31,531 nt of DNA from a virus. Its lineage: Duplodnaviria; Caudoviricetes. The notes beneath the pieces are model-generated. The model did not search any database. It was not told the origin of the DNA and worked only from the letters and a program-made list of their open reading frames with translations. How positions within the stretch are numbered: position 1 is the stretch's first letter; every line of letters starts with the position of its first letter. The stretch spans positions 1-31,531 of IMG/VR virus record IMGVR_UViG_3300025665_000038, one strand, 5' to 3'. Both the position numbers and the translations under genes were made by a program. Positions 8,609 to 17,000 of the stretch are shown here, one piece after another.

Positions 8609-8638
8609 ACTCGTATATAAGGGGTGAGTTCCGTGCCT
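8609..8638 (-). promoter_or_regulatory. Leftward promoter AGGCACGGAAC-N7-TTATATA-CGAGT
   Basis: TATA 22 nt before ATG 8591; inverted copy at 9229-9258. Confidence 0.8.
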
Positions 8639-8667
8639 ATACATGTATAGACAGGCACAAACGGCAC

Positions 8668-8750
8668 AATGTTTAAGTACACGCTCAAATCATGGGTAAT
8701 GTTTAAGTAGTCGCTCAAAGTTTGGGTAATGCTTATATAGTCGCTCAAAG
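8668..8750 (+). repeat. Three tandem 30-bp-period repeats, core AATGTTTAAGTAGTCGCTCAAA
   Basis: Copies at 8668, 8698, 8728; dispersed fourth copy at 9192. Confidence 0.9.
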
Positions 8751-8840
8751 TACCGTACTGAACCGTATTGTACCGTACTTTTGACCATTTGTACCGTACA
8801 GTACCGTACCATACCGTACCCGTACCGTACATTACCGTAC
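8750..8840 (+). repeat. Array of (GT)ACCGTAC with about 10-bp period
   Basis: ACCGTA at 8752, 8762, 8772, 8793, 8803, 8813, 8824, 8834. Confidence 0.9.
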
Positions 8841-9117
8841 AGCGACCCTATATGAACGTTATGAAAAAAAAACTTTTTAGATATGTATATATAGATGTGC
8901 GGCATGTGGTTGGGGGTATATCCTAGGAACAAATGTATTGAATATAAGACTATATAGTGTATGTGTGTGTCTATATAGTTTAGTTCGTTCATCTATTGGG
9001 GTGTATAGTACTGGGGGTATTGGTGGTTATAGTAGTAATGATGATAGTGTGTGTATAAAATAGATAAAAACATTGTCCATACCTACTGCCCCCCTTGAGG
9101 CATGTGTGTGGTATATC

Positions 9118-9146
9118 GGGGGAGAGGGATTGTAAGGGAGAGGGGG
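9118..9146 (+). other. Polypurine mirror repeat and G-quadruplex motif
   Basis: GGGGGAGAGGG-ATTGTAA-GGGAGAGGGGG. Confidence 0.75.
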
Positions 9147-9191
9147 TTCTAGTGTATTGTTGCTGGGGTTCTTACTGCTGGTTTTTTGAGA

Positions 9192-9213
9192 AATGTTTAA
9201 GTAGTCGGTCAAA
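9192..9213 (+). repeat. Fourth copy of the 22-bp core repeat
   Basis: AATGTTTAAGTAGTCGGTCAAA, 21/22 identical to the copy at 8698. Confidence 0.85.
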
Positions 9214-9228
9214 ATTTTAGGCGTGGTC

Positions 9229-9258
9229 AGGCACGGAACGAAGAATTTAAATACGAGT
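9229..9258 (+). promoter_or_regulatory. Rightward promoter AGGCACGGAAC-N7-TTAAATA-CGAGT
   Basis: TATA 22 nt before ATG 9276. Confidence 0.8.
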
Positions 9259-9275
9259 TTCAGAATTTGACCTTG

Positions 9276-9809
9276 ATGAAAAATTCTAGACACGAAAGCA
9301 GGTCTATTAGACATGGTATCACACGTTCCATTAGGCATAATAACCCTATTAGTGAAATGAGTGATATGATTGATAGTGTAAGGTCATTCTCTTATACTGT
9401 TATAAACAAAAATGATAAGATACGTAACAAAGCAATACGTCTTATGAAAGGATGGTATAATGTTGATATAAACAATATTGATGCATACCTCAAACAGATT
9501 AACACACTACACGCTGTTACAACCAATGTTGTAAATAACATTGATTACTGTGATACGCAAAATAATATGTTATCATTTATGAGTGATGGTAAATTTGGAG
9601 ATATTAATATGATCATTGACACATACAATGATTTCATTGATAGAGATCCACTACTACGATTAGGTACCGTATCAAATATGGGATATGGTAAGTTACCATA
9701 TATTAATCTTGATAAGGTTGATGTTATTGTAGGTAAAGTCAATAAAATGGTATCAACCACCCCAGAAGTCAAGGAGAATAAGACACATAAGTTGGAGGAC
9801 ATATTATGA
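9276..9809 (+). CDS. Hypothetical protein, first gene of plus-strand cluster
   Basis: Start moved to ATG 9276 by promoter spacing; ATGA overlap downstream. Confidence 0.8.
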   Translation: MKNSRHESRSIRHGITRSIRHNNPISEMSDMIDSVRSFSYTVINKNDKIRNKAIRLMKGWYNVDINNIDAYLKQINTLHAVTTNVVNNIDYCDTQNNMLSFMSDGKFGDINMIIDTYNDFIDRDPLLRLGTVSNMGYGKLPYINLDKVDVIVGKVNKMVSTTPEVKENKTHKLEDIL

Positions 9810-10108
9810 CAGTATCATCTGTCCCTAACTACAAATCATGCTGGTTTTGTGACAACAACGTAAATGCTGTTGGTGGTCTAGTTTGTAGTGAGTTTGATGC
9901 ATACTGTTGTAAAGACCATATTATCAATGATAGGATATGTCCCATTTGTGATTGTGAGGGTATTAATACACCACATCACATTATCGAATGGGTAGTTGAT
10001 GCAGAGAGTATTAATGATGCAGAAATACCACGTTTTCACATACCTAGTGCATATAATATACATGTGCAACACTTTAACATGTATAATGATGAGGAGGTTA
10101 TATTATAA
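9806..10108 (+). CDS. Cys/His-rich Zn-finger protein
   Basis: CWFC, CC-x2-H, CPIC; coupled. Confidence 0.75.
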   Translation: MTVSSVPNYKSCWFCDNNVNAVGGLVCSEFDAYCCKDHIINDRICPICDCEGINTPHHIIEWVVDAESINDAEIPRFHIPSAYNIHVQHFNMYNDEEVIL

Positions 10109-10398
10109 TGCCTGTACTCCCCATCCCCCTTATTTCTTTATTTAGACGTAAAGATATATGTTTGTCATGTGATAAACGTATTAAAGATGTTAGTGGTTAT
10201 ATTATTGATAACTATCATACACATACTCTAAAATGGAACTGTACTTGGGAATCATTCAATAACAACCATGCAACGTTGGTTGATAGTGATGATGGTCATA
10301 TATATGATTACAAATGTAAATCATGTATTGCTGATAGAGAATACAATATGGGTAACAAATATAACAAAACCCACCCACAAAAGGAGTATATGCAATAA
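10108..10398 (+). CDS. Zn-finger protein
   Basis: CLSC...CKSC; TAATG coupling. Confidence 0.7.
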   Translation: MPVLPIPLISLFRRKDICLSCDKRIKDVSGYIIDNYHTHTLKWNCTWESFNNNHATLVDSDDGHIYDYKCKSCIADREYNMGNKYNKTHPQKEYMQ

Positions 10399-10523
10399 TG
10401 CCTATTTGTAATCTATGTAATGCTGATGTAGGTGATTATGGTATGAAAAGACATGAAGAATGGCATACTAACTGTAAAAAGAATAAAAGAAATACGGTTG
10501 AGGGAGTGGTTAAATGGATATGA
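10398..10523 (+). CDS. C2H2-type Zn-finger microprotein (41 aa, hand-called)
   Basis: MPICNLC...RHEEWH; coupled on both sides. Confidence 0.7.
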   Translation: MPICNLCNADVGDYGMKRHEEWHTNCKKNKRNTVEGVVKWI

Positions 10524-10774
10524 CAGTTAACAGATTAATATTGGATGTTACAAGTGTTACAACGACAGTTGTTACCAAGCACCTCTGGGAAACCTCTCCA
10601 TTACCTGTTACAACACAACAAATTTCGAGTAGTGTTGTTCCCAGAAGGAACACACTCTCATATTATAATACAAAAAATATGTTATCGTGGGTTGACGGAG
10701 TAATGTCCTCACAAGTCAGAGTGAATGGTGTAAAACAATTCATGGATCTAAGGATCAAGGGTGATGTCATATAA
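10520..10774 (+). CDS. Hypothetical protein
   Basis: ATGA-coupled start; T/V/S-rich. Confidence 0.5.
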   Translation: MTVNRLILDVTSVTTTVVTKHLWETSPLPVTTQQISSSVVPRRNTLSYYNTKNMLSWVDGVMSSQVRVNGVKQFMDLRIKGDVI

Positions 10775-10799
10775 GATTTAGATAGTATATCACATTAGA

Positions 10800-11075
10800 T
10801 TGGTTAGAGATATGAATATAAACAAAAATATGTCTAAAGAACATATGGACAACGTATTAAGCATATATAGACATTTGCCTTATGCAGATAAAATTGATCA
10901 AGGTCTATATGAAGCATTAACAAAAACAATGAATGATATTGCTGATGGAGATGAACCATTAGAGAATGGTGTAACATTATCAACATTACAAACTATTGTT
11001 CTAATGTTATGTGAGAGTTGTATTGAATATACAGAAGAACAACAGTATGAATCAGTACAGGAGAGTATGAAATAA
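10800..11075 (+). CDS. Hypothetical protein
   Basis: ORF in coupled chain; start uncertain. Confidence 0.65.
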   Translation: MVRDMNINKNMSKEHMDNVLSIYRHLPYADKIDQGLYEALTKTMNDIADGDEPLENGVTLSTLQTIVLMLCESCIEYTEEQQYESVQESMK

Positions 11076-11302
11076 TGTCCCATAATAAAAATAAACATAA
11101 AGTGTTTAAATGTATTTTATGCGAACAAGAATACGATAATAAAAAAATTGGTGCAACAGTAGGTAATAACCTTATCCCCCGTGAACTAATATGCGAGACA
11201 TGTGTAAAAGATAATTATTGTTGGGCTACTGACAAAGAGTTAAAGCAACATAATTACAGTATAATAGAATCTCGTAGACAAGAGTTAAGACAGAGTATAT
11301 AG
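11075..11302 (+). CDS. Zn-finger protein
   Basis: CILC...CETC. Confidence 0.7.
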   Translation: MSHNKNKHKVFKCILCEQEYDNKKIGATVGNNLIPRELICETCVKDNYCWATDKELKQHNYSIIESRRQELRQSI

Positions 11303-11303
11303 T

Positions 11304-11666
11304 ATGACAGTTATGCAACATCAATTAACAAAAATCGTCTTACCTGCCAACGCAGGTCTTAAAACAGGCGATACAAAAGGCTTCTTCACAGAAGTACAGT
11401 TCAAGGAGTTAGGATTTACCGATTTGGTAAATGTTACTTCTGTCCTTACACCAGAGGAGAAACAATTTGTTTCTGACAAAGGTAGTGCATTGGGTATGAT
11501 CTTCATGGAAGATACCATATCAGGACAAAAGTTCCTAGTTCCTATGAATACCATCACTAAAGATGGTGTACGAGAATCTAGAGTTCCTAGAGGACTAAGT
11601 GCTCGTACTGTAACTGCTGAAGGACAACGTGGTCTAGTAGGCTTCCCAGCAATATCTGGTGGCTAA
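11304..11666 (+). CDS. Ubiquitin-like beta-grasp protein (SAMP/MoaD/CysO-like) with C-terminal di-glycine
   Basis: Ends AEGQRGLVGFPAISGG-stop; N-terminal KIVLP-x6-TG and central GxTxLxxVxxxL resemble CysO/SAMP1 by eye. Confidence 0.65.
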   Translation: MTVMQHQLTKIVLPANAGLKTGDTKGFFTEVQFKELGFTDLVNVTSVLTPEEKQFVSDKGSALGMIFMEDTISGQKFLVPMNTITKDGVRESRVPRGLSARTVTAEGQRGLVGFPAISGG

Positions 11667-11690
11667 CCACACCCCCATTTTTTCTTTTTT
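11667..11690 (+). terminator. C/T-tract terminator
   Basis: CCACACCCCCATTTTTTCTTTTTT directly after stop. Confidence 0.65.
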
Positions 11691-11699
11691 ATTAAAATA

Positions 11700-11858
11700 A
11701 TGACAAACAAAGAATATAATGCACATTGTAACAGATGTGGATATGATACCAAACATGATGAAGATGGTTGTGTATGGCATCAACAAACATTGACTACATC
11801 TGATGGAGAGAGTTATCAAAGATATGATGAGTTTAACCAAGATGGAGAAGAATGGTAA
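11700..11858 (+). CDS. Zn-finger microprotein (52 aa, hand-called)
   Basis: HCNRC...H...CxxH, acidic tail. Confidence 0.6.
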   Translation: MTNKEYNAHCNRCGYDTKHDEDGCVWHQQTLTTSDGESYQRYDEFNQDGEEW

Positions 11859-11915
11859 TGAGTATGCCCAAGCACAGTATGAAATTGATCACGACTTATA
11901 GGAGATATTAAAATA

Positions 11916-12104
11916 ATGACAATAAAATATTATGTTGAGATATATGAAATATCCACAGGTAAGGTAGAAAAGAGAATGGAAAAGAGTAGTAAATATGGTG
12001 CTGAGAAACTATACAATACAATAGCATTTAAGTATGGACTCAATGAACATTATGACGTAAGAATAGTTGAAGATGCAGTAATGGAAGAGGAGGTATATTG
12101 GTAA
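11916..12104 (+). CDS. Hypothetical protein
   Basis: AGGAG upstream; TAATG coupling to next gene. Confidence 0.65.
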   Translation: MTIKYYVEIYEISTGKVEKRMEKSSKYGAEKLYNTIAFKYGLNEHYDVRIVEDAVMEEEVYW

Positions 12105-14524
12105 TGACAGGCATACACGATAGCGTAGAAACATACGAACCTAAGGTAGATGTTACATATGAGGGTTCTGTACCAAAAGTAGATAACTCATTTGATGACA
12201 TAACAGATGATAATGGTAATATTAATATTATTATCAATTCAGAAGTTATTGGACAAACATTAGCCAAAAAGATATACACCTCATGGACAAGTGGTCTAAG
12301 AGAACTGTATAACAATGAGGCTAGGGCATGTAGAACATCTAAAAAGATGGGTGCTAATCCAACAATAGTTATAACAGTTGATCCAAACAAAGAAACTAGA
12401 GAATTAATTATACAGGGTGTTGATTCATTAGGAATTACAAAAGCCATGTTTAACAAGGTTCTTAGAGTTATAGGCACAAGTGGTAATACTGATGGAGAGG
12501 AGATAGGACAGTATGGTATGGGATTCATATCTTACGCACTAATGTGTGATGCATTACTAATGGAAACATGGTCTAGAGAAACTGATGAACATTATGCCAT
12601 GTTATGTGATAGTGGATTAAAGTTCAAACCTATTCCACTTGAAACTACTAACGGTGTTAATAGAATGAGTGAGTATGGAACTAAACTAACTATGACATGT
12701 AATGATGATGTTTCATTTAGTACATTGGTAAGTAATGTATATAAACTAGCAAGATTCAGCAAGGTTCCTACAAAAATAATAATAAAATCAGAAATTGAAG
12801 GATATTCACGACATAGTTGGCGTAATGATGATGATGATGAGGATAGTTATGATGCAGGTGTTTATGAGTGTCCATCATACCAAAATGGTATGGACTACAT
12901 GAAAGATAGTCATAAATATGAATGGATCAAGAACTCCAAAAAATCACAAGGAAGAAGCATAGTTACATATAAAGAAGTAACAATAGACAACGAGGATTAC
13001 AGATTTGATGGTATATTTGTTCTTACTAAATCATCATATGGAACTATTGATATGTCAGTAGAAAGTCGTAAAAATCCATTATTCCTAGTAGGAACTGAGA
13101 TTGACAGTAAGTTAAGCATTGGTTGCTTCCACATGTTCACTATGAATGTTAAGAATGAAAGAAAATATAGTCCTGTTGCTAGTAGAGATTCATTAGAAAA
13201 CAATGCAGTAGATTTGTTAGAGGAAGATATTAATGACAAATTAACAGAATACTTCCAAAATGAATTTCCAATAACGACTATTAAAGATTACAATAGTTCA
13301 TTAGATAAGGCATTATTATCACGAAATGTTACATGGAATATGGAAAAATACCTTGCAAAAGAAACTAATGATATAAGCGATACTCTTAATACAAGATATG
13401 GAACTACTGATAAAACATATTCACAATTAAGTGATATGTTGGCAGGTGGTGGAAATCTAGTATGTCTTAAATCATTAAGACAGAATCTCATGGATCTGTT
13501 ATCAGAACATATTGATGGAAATGTTACATTCTTTAGAATGCCTACTAGACTAAGTGATGAAGAAAGAGGACATAGAGTAGCATTGTTCAAAGATTTGAAC
13601 ATTATCATGGGAGAAGACTATAAAAAAGATAATAAACTCAAAGAAAGTGGTAGTGGAAGATCAACAATAGTTGATAAGAATGGTAAGAAAACTGCATTTA
13701 CCAACAACAGAACATGTGTATTATACAACAGTACACGTGGAACTGAAGATACTACTTTATTTGGAAATGCTAGGGGTTGGAGATCAGGAAGTAACAAATA
13801 TTCATCTACTATCGGAGATATTAACAATAACTATCATAATCACATAATTATTGCTGATACTAAGAGATTCCATGATACAGAAGATTGTATCAATGAATTA
13901 AGTAATGATTGGAAAGTTGTACATGATATGAAAGGATTGTCAGATAAGATAATGACCATTGACAAGTTGGTTAATAAAATTGGTAAAAAGGAATATCAAA
14001 CCAACAAAGGTATTGTAAAAGGTAGTGATTTGATTGGTAACTATATGGCAGTAGTTATGAGTAATAAAGAACAATTATTAAACATACCTGATCCTGATAC
14101 TGATGAATCAGATGTTTCTAATTATCTATTTGGGGTTAATAATAAAACAGGATTGGAACTAAGATGGATAGCAATTAAAAACATTGAGGAATACGTAGCA
14201 TTGAATATGTATCTAAAATTTAAACCTATGGGAACTTCAAGTAACATGGTTGAAACAGTTATACATAATGACCAATATGGACAAGCATTCAAAACAGTAT
14301 TAAAGAATCCTATATCAGGAGATGAACTATCATTCAACGGTAATAATTCTTCTTCTAAAGATCACAAGGGAGATGTTATAGCAAGAATGTATTGGATAAA
14401 TGATTTATTGCCAAAAGAATATTCTGATGTTTTCCTTAGTGCTGTTCAGTATGATATGAGCATCATTGATAGAATTGAAATACAATCACATAGACTCATG
14501 GAATTGTTAGGTAGATCACAATGA
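12104..14524 (+). CDS. GHKL/HSP90-like ATPase-domain protein (rIIA-like architecture)
   Basis: IY...GLRELYNN, VDSLGIT, IGQYGMGF, GTKL motifs in the first 200 aa; long C-terminal region unassigned. Confidence 0.85.
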   Translation: MTGIHDSVETYEPKVDVTYEGSVPKVDNSFDDITDDNGNINIIINSEVIGQTLAKKIYTSWTSGLRELYNNEARACRTSKKMGANPTIVITVDPNKETRELIIQGVDSLGITKAMFNKVLRVIGTSGNTDGEEIGQYGMGFISYALMCDALLMETWSRETDEHYAMLCDSGLKFKPIPLETTNGVNRMSEYGTKLTMTCNDDVSFSTLVSNVYKLARFSKVPTKIIIKSEIEGYSRHSWRNDDDDEDSYDAGVYECPSYQNGMDYMKDSHKYEWIKNSKKSQGRSIVTYKEVTIDNEDYRFDGIFVLTKSSYGTIDMSVESRKNPLFLVGTEIDSKLSIGCFHMFTMNVKNERKYSPVASRDSLENNAVDLLEEDINDKLTEYFQNEFPITTIKDYNSSLDKALLSRNVTWNMEKYLAKETNDISDTLNTRYGTTDKTYSQLSDMLAGGGNLVCLKSLRQNLMDLLSEHIDGNVTFFRMPTRLSDEERGHRVALFKDLNIIMGEDYKKDNKLKESGSGRSTIVDKNGKKTAFTNNRTCVLYNSTRGTEDTTLFGNARGWRSGSNKYSSTIGDINNNYHNHIIIADTKRFHDTEDCINELSNDWKVVHDMKGLSDKIMTIDKLVNKIGKKEYQTNKGIVKGSDLIGNYMAVVMSNKEQLLNIPDPDTDESDVSNYLFGVNNKTGLELRWIAIKNIEEYVALNMYLKFKPMGTSSNMVETVIHNDQYGQAFKTVLKNPISGDELSFNGNNSSSKDHKGDVIARMYWINDLLPKEYSDVFLSAVQYDMSIIDRIEIQSHRLMELLGRSQ

Positions 14525-14736
14525 CCGTCTTAATAAATGTAACTGTTGATTTAGATGATACAGAAGCATTGGAAGAACATGGTAGTCTTGAAAATGGTGT
14601 GTATGGAGTAGATGAAGATGGTGTCTATCACATGTATCATCATAATAAGACCTATCTTGTTAAATGGGATAGAATTTATGGTAGTCCAGATGAAGATCCT
14701 GAATATGGTAAAATATTAATGGATAATACACAATGA
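14521..14736 (+). CDS. Acidic hypothetical protein
   Basis: ATGA-coupled on both sides. Confidence 0.7.
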   Translation: MTVLINVTVDLDDTEALEEHGSLENGVYGVDEDGVYHMYHHNKTYLVKWDRIYGSPDEDPEYGKILMDNTQ

Positions 14737-15437
14737 ATCCTCAAATTATAGCAGAACGTGATAGTTCTCTAATATTATTTGAATCAGGTAAGGTAAGATC
14801 AGTTCCTAACAATCTCTATAATCAGGTAAAATATAGAGAAAATAAAGGAGAACGTATCTTATACACATTTAATGATGATATGAAAGTTCATGAAACTTAT
14901 GATAATGGCATATTCAATGCTTTCATAAAAGATGAAACATTACAGATAAGAAATTCACATGTTATATGTGAATCTATTATAGACCATAAAAAGACAGGAG
15001 ATACTGAAAAATTCAGTAAGTTATTTAAAAAACTTTACTTCCAATCAAAGAAAACAGAATTAATGAAAGAAATGATTGATGTATTTGGAGATAGAGTAAA
15101 GACACATACATCTGGTAAAGAAAATCCTAATACATACTATGTAGTAGATGAAAGATTTATGGTAGATGATAAGGGTGTATCTCATTACATGGATAAAAAA
15201 AGACATTGGAATTTCCTATGTACTGTTGCACAAGGAAATTTATCTAAAATGACAATATCAACTAAGATAGGAACTATTGAATTAGAGGCAAAAGAGTTAG
15301 AGATAATGGGTAAAATTGGATTCTTATTATCTCCCGATATTACAGATAGTGTATTCTTCCATCAGTTACCTGAGGATCTTCAAGATGTTCTTAAAGCAGA
15401 AGTTGAGTTTGATAGTGTTAATTTAGGGGGAACATAA
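14733..15437 (+). CDS. Hypothetical protein
   Basis: 234-aa coupled ORF. Confidence 0.8.
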   Translation: MNPQIIAERDSSLILFESGKVRSVPNNLYNQVKYRENKGERILYTFNDDMKVHETYDNGIFNAFIKDETLQIRNSHVICESIIDHKKTGDTEKFSKLFKKLYFQSKKTELMKEMIDVFGDRVKTHTSGKENPNTYYVVDERFMVDDKGVSHYMDKKRHWNFLCTVAQGNLSKMTISTKIGTIELEAKELEIMGKIGFLLSPDITDSVFFHQLPEDLQDVLKAEVEFDSVNLGGT

Positions 15438-15498
15438 TAATGTATATTATAATGAATATTATAATATCTATGTTCACAGGTGGTTGGAGATTATAATC

Positions 15499-15645
15499 AT
15501 GACTACACATTACACATACCAACATGAAATAGATTATAACATATTGGATAAAATGGATAAAGATATCATTCTTGACTATGTATGGGAAAATACGGATATG
15601 ATGGACAAGATGAGAGAATGGATAAAGGACGTATTCGAGGATTAA
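15499..15645 (+). CDS. Acidic microprotein (48 aa, hand-called)
   Basis: MTTHYTYQHEIDYNILDKMDKDIILDYVWENTD...; GGAG upstream. Confidence 0.55.
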   Translation: MTTHYTYQHEIDYNILDKMDKDIILDYVWENTDMMDKMREWIKDVFED

Positions 15646-15647
15646 TA

Positions 15648-15842
15648 ATGAACTTAGAACAAGAAGAATCTCATAGAGAGTTCTGTAAAGACATTCTTAA
15701 AAGAATAGAAGCACTTGAAGAAAGAGTTGATAGACTACCATGCGACCATGTAGGATTTCCGATAGATGAAGGATATGAGTTAGATGAAGATGATTATGAA
15801 GTTCAAGTAGATACATGTAGAAACTGTGGAGAAAGAGTATAA
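15648..15842 (+). CDS. Coiled-coil/Zn-binding small protein
   Basis: CDH...CRNCG; start moved to ATG 15648. Confidence 0.65.
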   Translation: MNLEQEESHREFCKDILKRIEALEERVDRLPCDHVGFPIDEGYELDEDDYEVQVDTCRNCGERV

Positions 15843-16153
15843 TGACCATAAGATACGAGAATAATAAATTAGTCAATCTAATGTCGCATAAAATAATAAA
15901 AACACATTTGAGAACAAAAGATGATGCATGGTCAGTTTGTTGTAGTACATGTAAGCATAAGTTTAATGATGGGGAAGATAGGCATGAGTGGCGTATGTAC
16001 TTACCTTATGGAAAAGATGAGGTTAAATATAGAAATGGATCATTCAAAACTACAAATTGTCATGAATGTTTTGTAAAAACTATGGTTATATGGCAAAGAT
16101 CAATAACAGAACAAATAGAATCAATGCCTGACAGCATGAGGGAGTTAGCATAA
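15842..16153 (+). CDS. Zn-finger protein
   Basis: CSTC...CHEC. Confidence 0.7.
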   Translation: MTIRYENNKLVNLMSHKIIKTHLRTKDDAWSVCCSTCKHKFNDGEDRHEWRMYLPYGKDEVKYRNGSFKTTNCHECFVKTMVIWQRSITEQIESMPDSMRELA

Positions 16154-16629
16154 TGGGTTACGATTTCTATCTTACTGTGAAAGAAAACTCTTGCAAACAT
16201 TGTAATGAGCATGAGTGCAGTACAAATCATGAAATATGTGATATGTATGTATCATATAATCATGCTTGGGCTTTCTACAAGTATCTTGACAAGGATAGTG
16301 GTTTAAGATGGATGTATGGCAAACCTGTATCACAAATAATCTTACCATTAAAGAAAATGATTGATACGTTTGTAGAAAAAGAATGTCATGACATTGTGCC
16401 TACTCATACAACTGATCCACTTACTGGAGAGATAGCATGGAGTGATAAACTCATTATGACATCTATGATACGTGATATTCATGGTAATTGGAAAGAAGAA
16501 CATGAGGCTAGAGATGATGGTTGGGCAACTACGTTTTACAATGCCTACAGATGTGCTAATGAGATACTTGAAAATTCAATATCTGCTATAGAGAATGGTC
16601 GTCATAATGCCATATGGAATGGAGACTAA
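16153..16629 (+). CDS. Hypothetical viral protein
   Basis: MGYDFYL...SYNH...GW pattern; coupled. Confidence 0.75.
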   Translation: MGYDFYLTVKENSCKHCNEHECSTNHEICDMYVSYNHAWAFYKYLDKDSGLRWMYGKPVSQIILPLKKMIDTFVEKECHDIVPTHTTDPLTGEIAWSDKLIMTSMIRDIHGNWKEEHEARDDGWATTFYNAYRCANEILENSISAIENGRHNAIWNGD

Positions 16630-16632
16630 ATA

Positions 16633-16872
16633 ATGGCTAGTGATTTACCTGCTGGTTGTACTGAAGCCATGTGTGATGGAGATGATGATCCATGTGCAAG
16701 ATGTGGTCATGTATGGTCAGAACATCTAGATGAAGACGACTATGTATACAACTCATACGGAGAGGTTGTTGTTGCATGTGACAACAAATATTGTCAAAGT
16801 TGTGAGGGATATCTAGAGGGCGAATATGTACCATCTTGGCAACCTGACACATATGCGGAGTATTACGCCTAA
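16633..16872 (+). CDS. Acidic Cys/His-rich protein
   Basis: CARCGHxxxxH...C...CxxC. Confidence 0.7.
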   Translation: MASDLPAGCTEAMCDGDDDPCARCGHVWSEHLDEDDYVYNSYGEVVVACDNKYCQSCEGYLEGEYVPSWQPDTYAEYYA

Positions 16873-16997
16873 TGATCTGTCCTAACTGTAAAACAGAGTC
16901 AATAAACTGGAAAGTATATCCACCTCAATGCAATGACTGTAAATATGAGTTTAAACCTCATCATGACGGCATTGATTTAGAGGATAGAGGAGATTAA
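16872..16997 (+). CDS. Zn-ribbon microprotein (41 aa, hand-called)
   Basis: MICPNC...CNDC. Confidence 0.65.
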   Translation: MICPNCKTESINWKVYPPQCNDCKYEFKPHHDGIDLEDRGD

Positions 16998-17000
16998 ATA

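Noticed and set aside
8668-8840. Mini-CRISPR array
   Set aside because: The 30-bp units have only about 8 variable nt and the decamers have no spacers; no cas genes recognised
8605-9338. ORFs 8605..8832, 8690..8992 and 9027..9338
   Set aside because: Translations simply mirror the DNA repeats and low complexity, and they overlap the promoter motifs
14733-15437. rIIB homolog or E2 enzyme
   Set aside because: Lacks the rIIB CSxGLH-type motif and the E2 HPN...C motif
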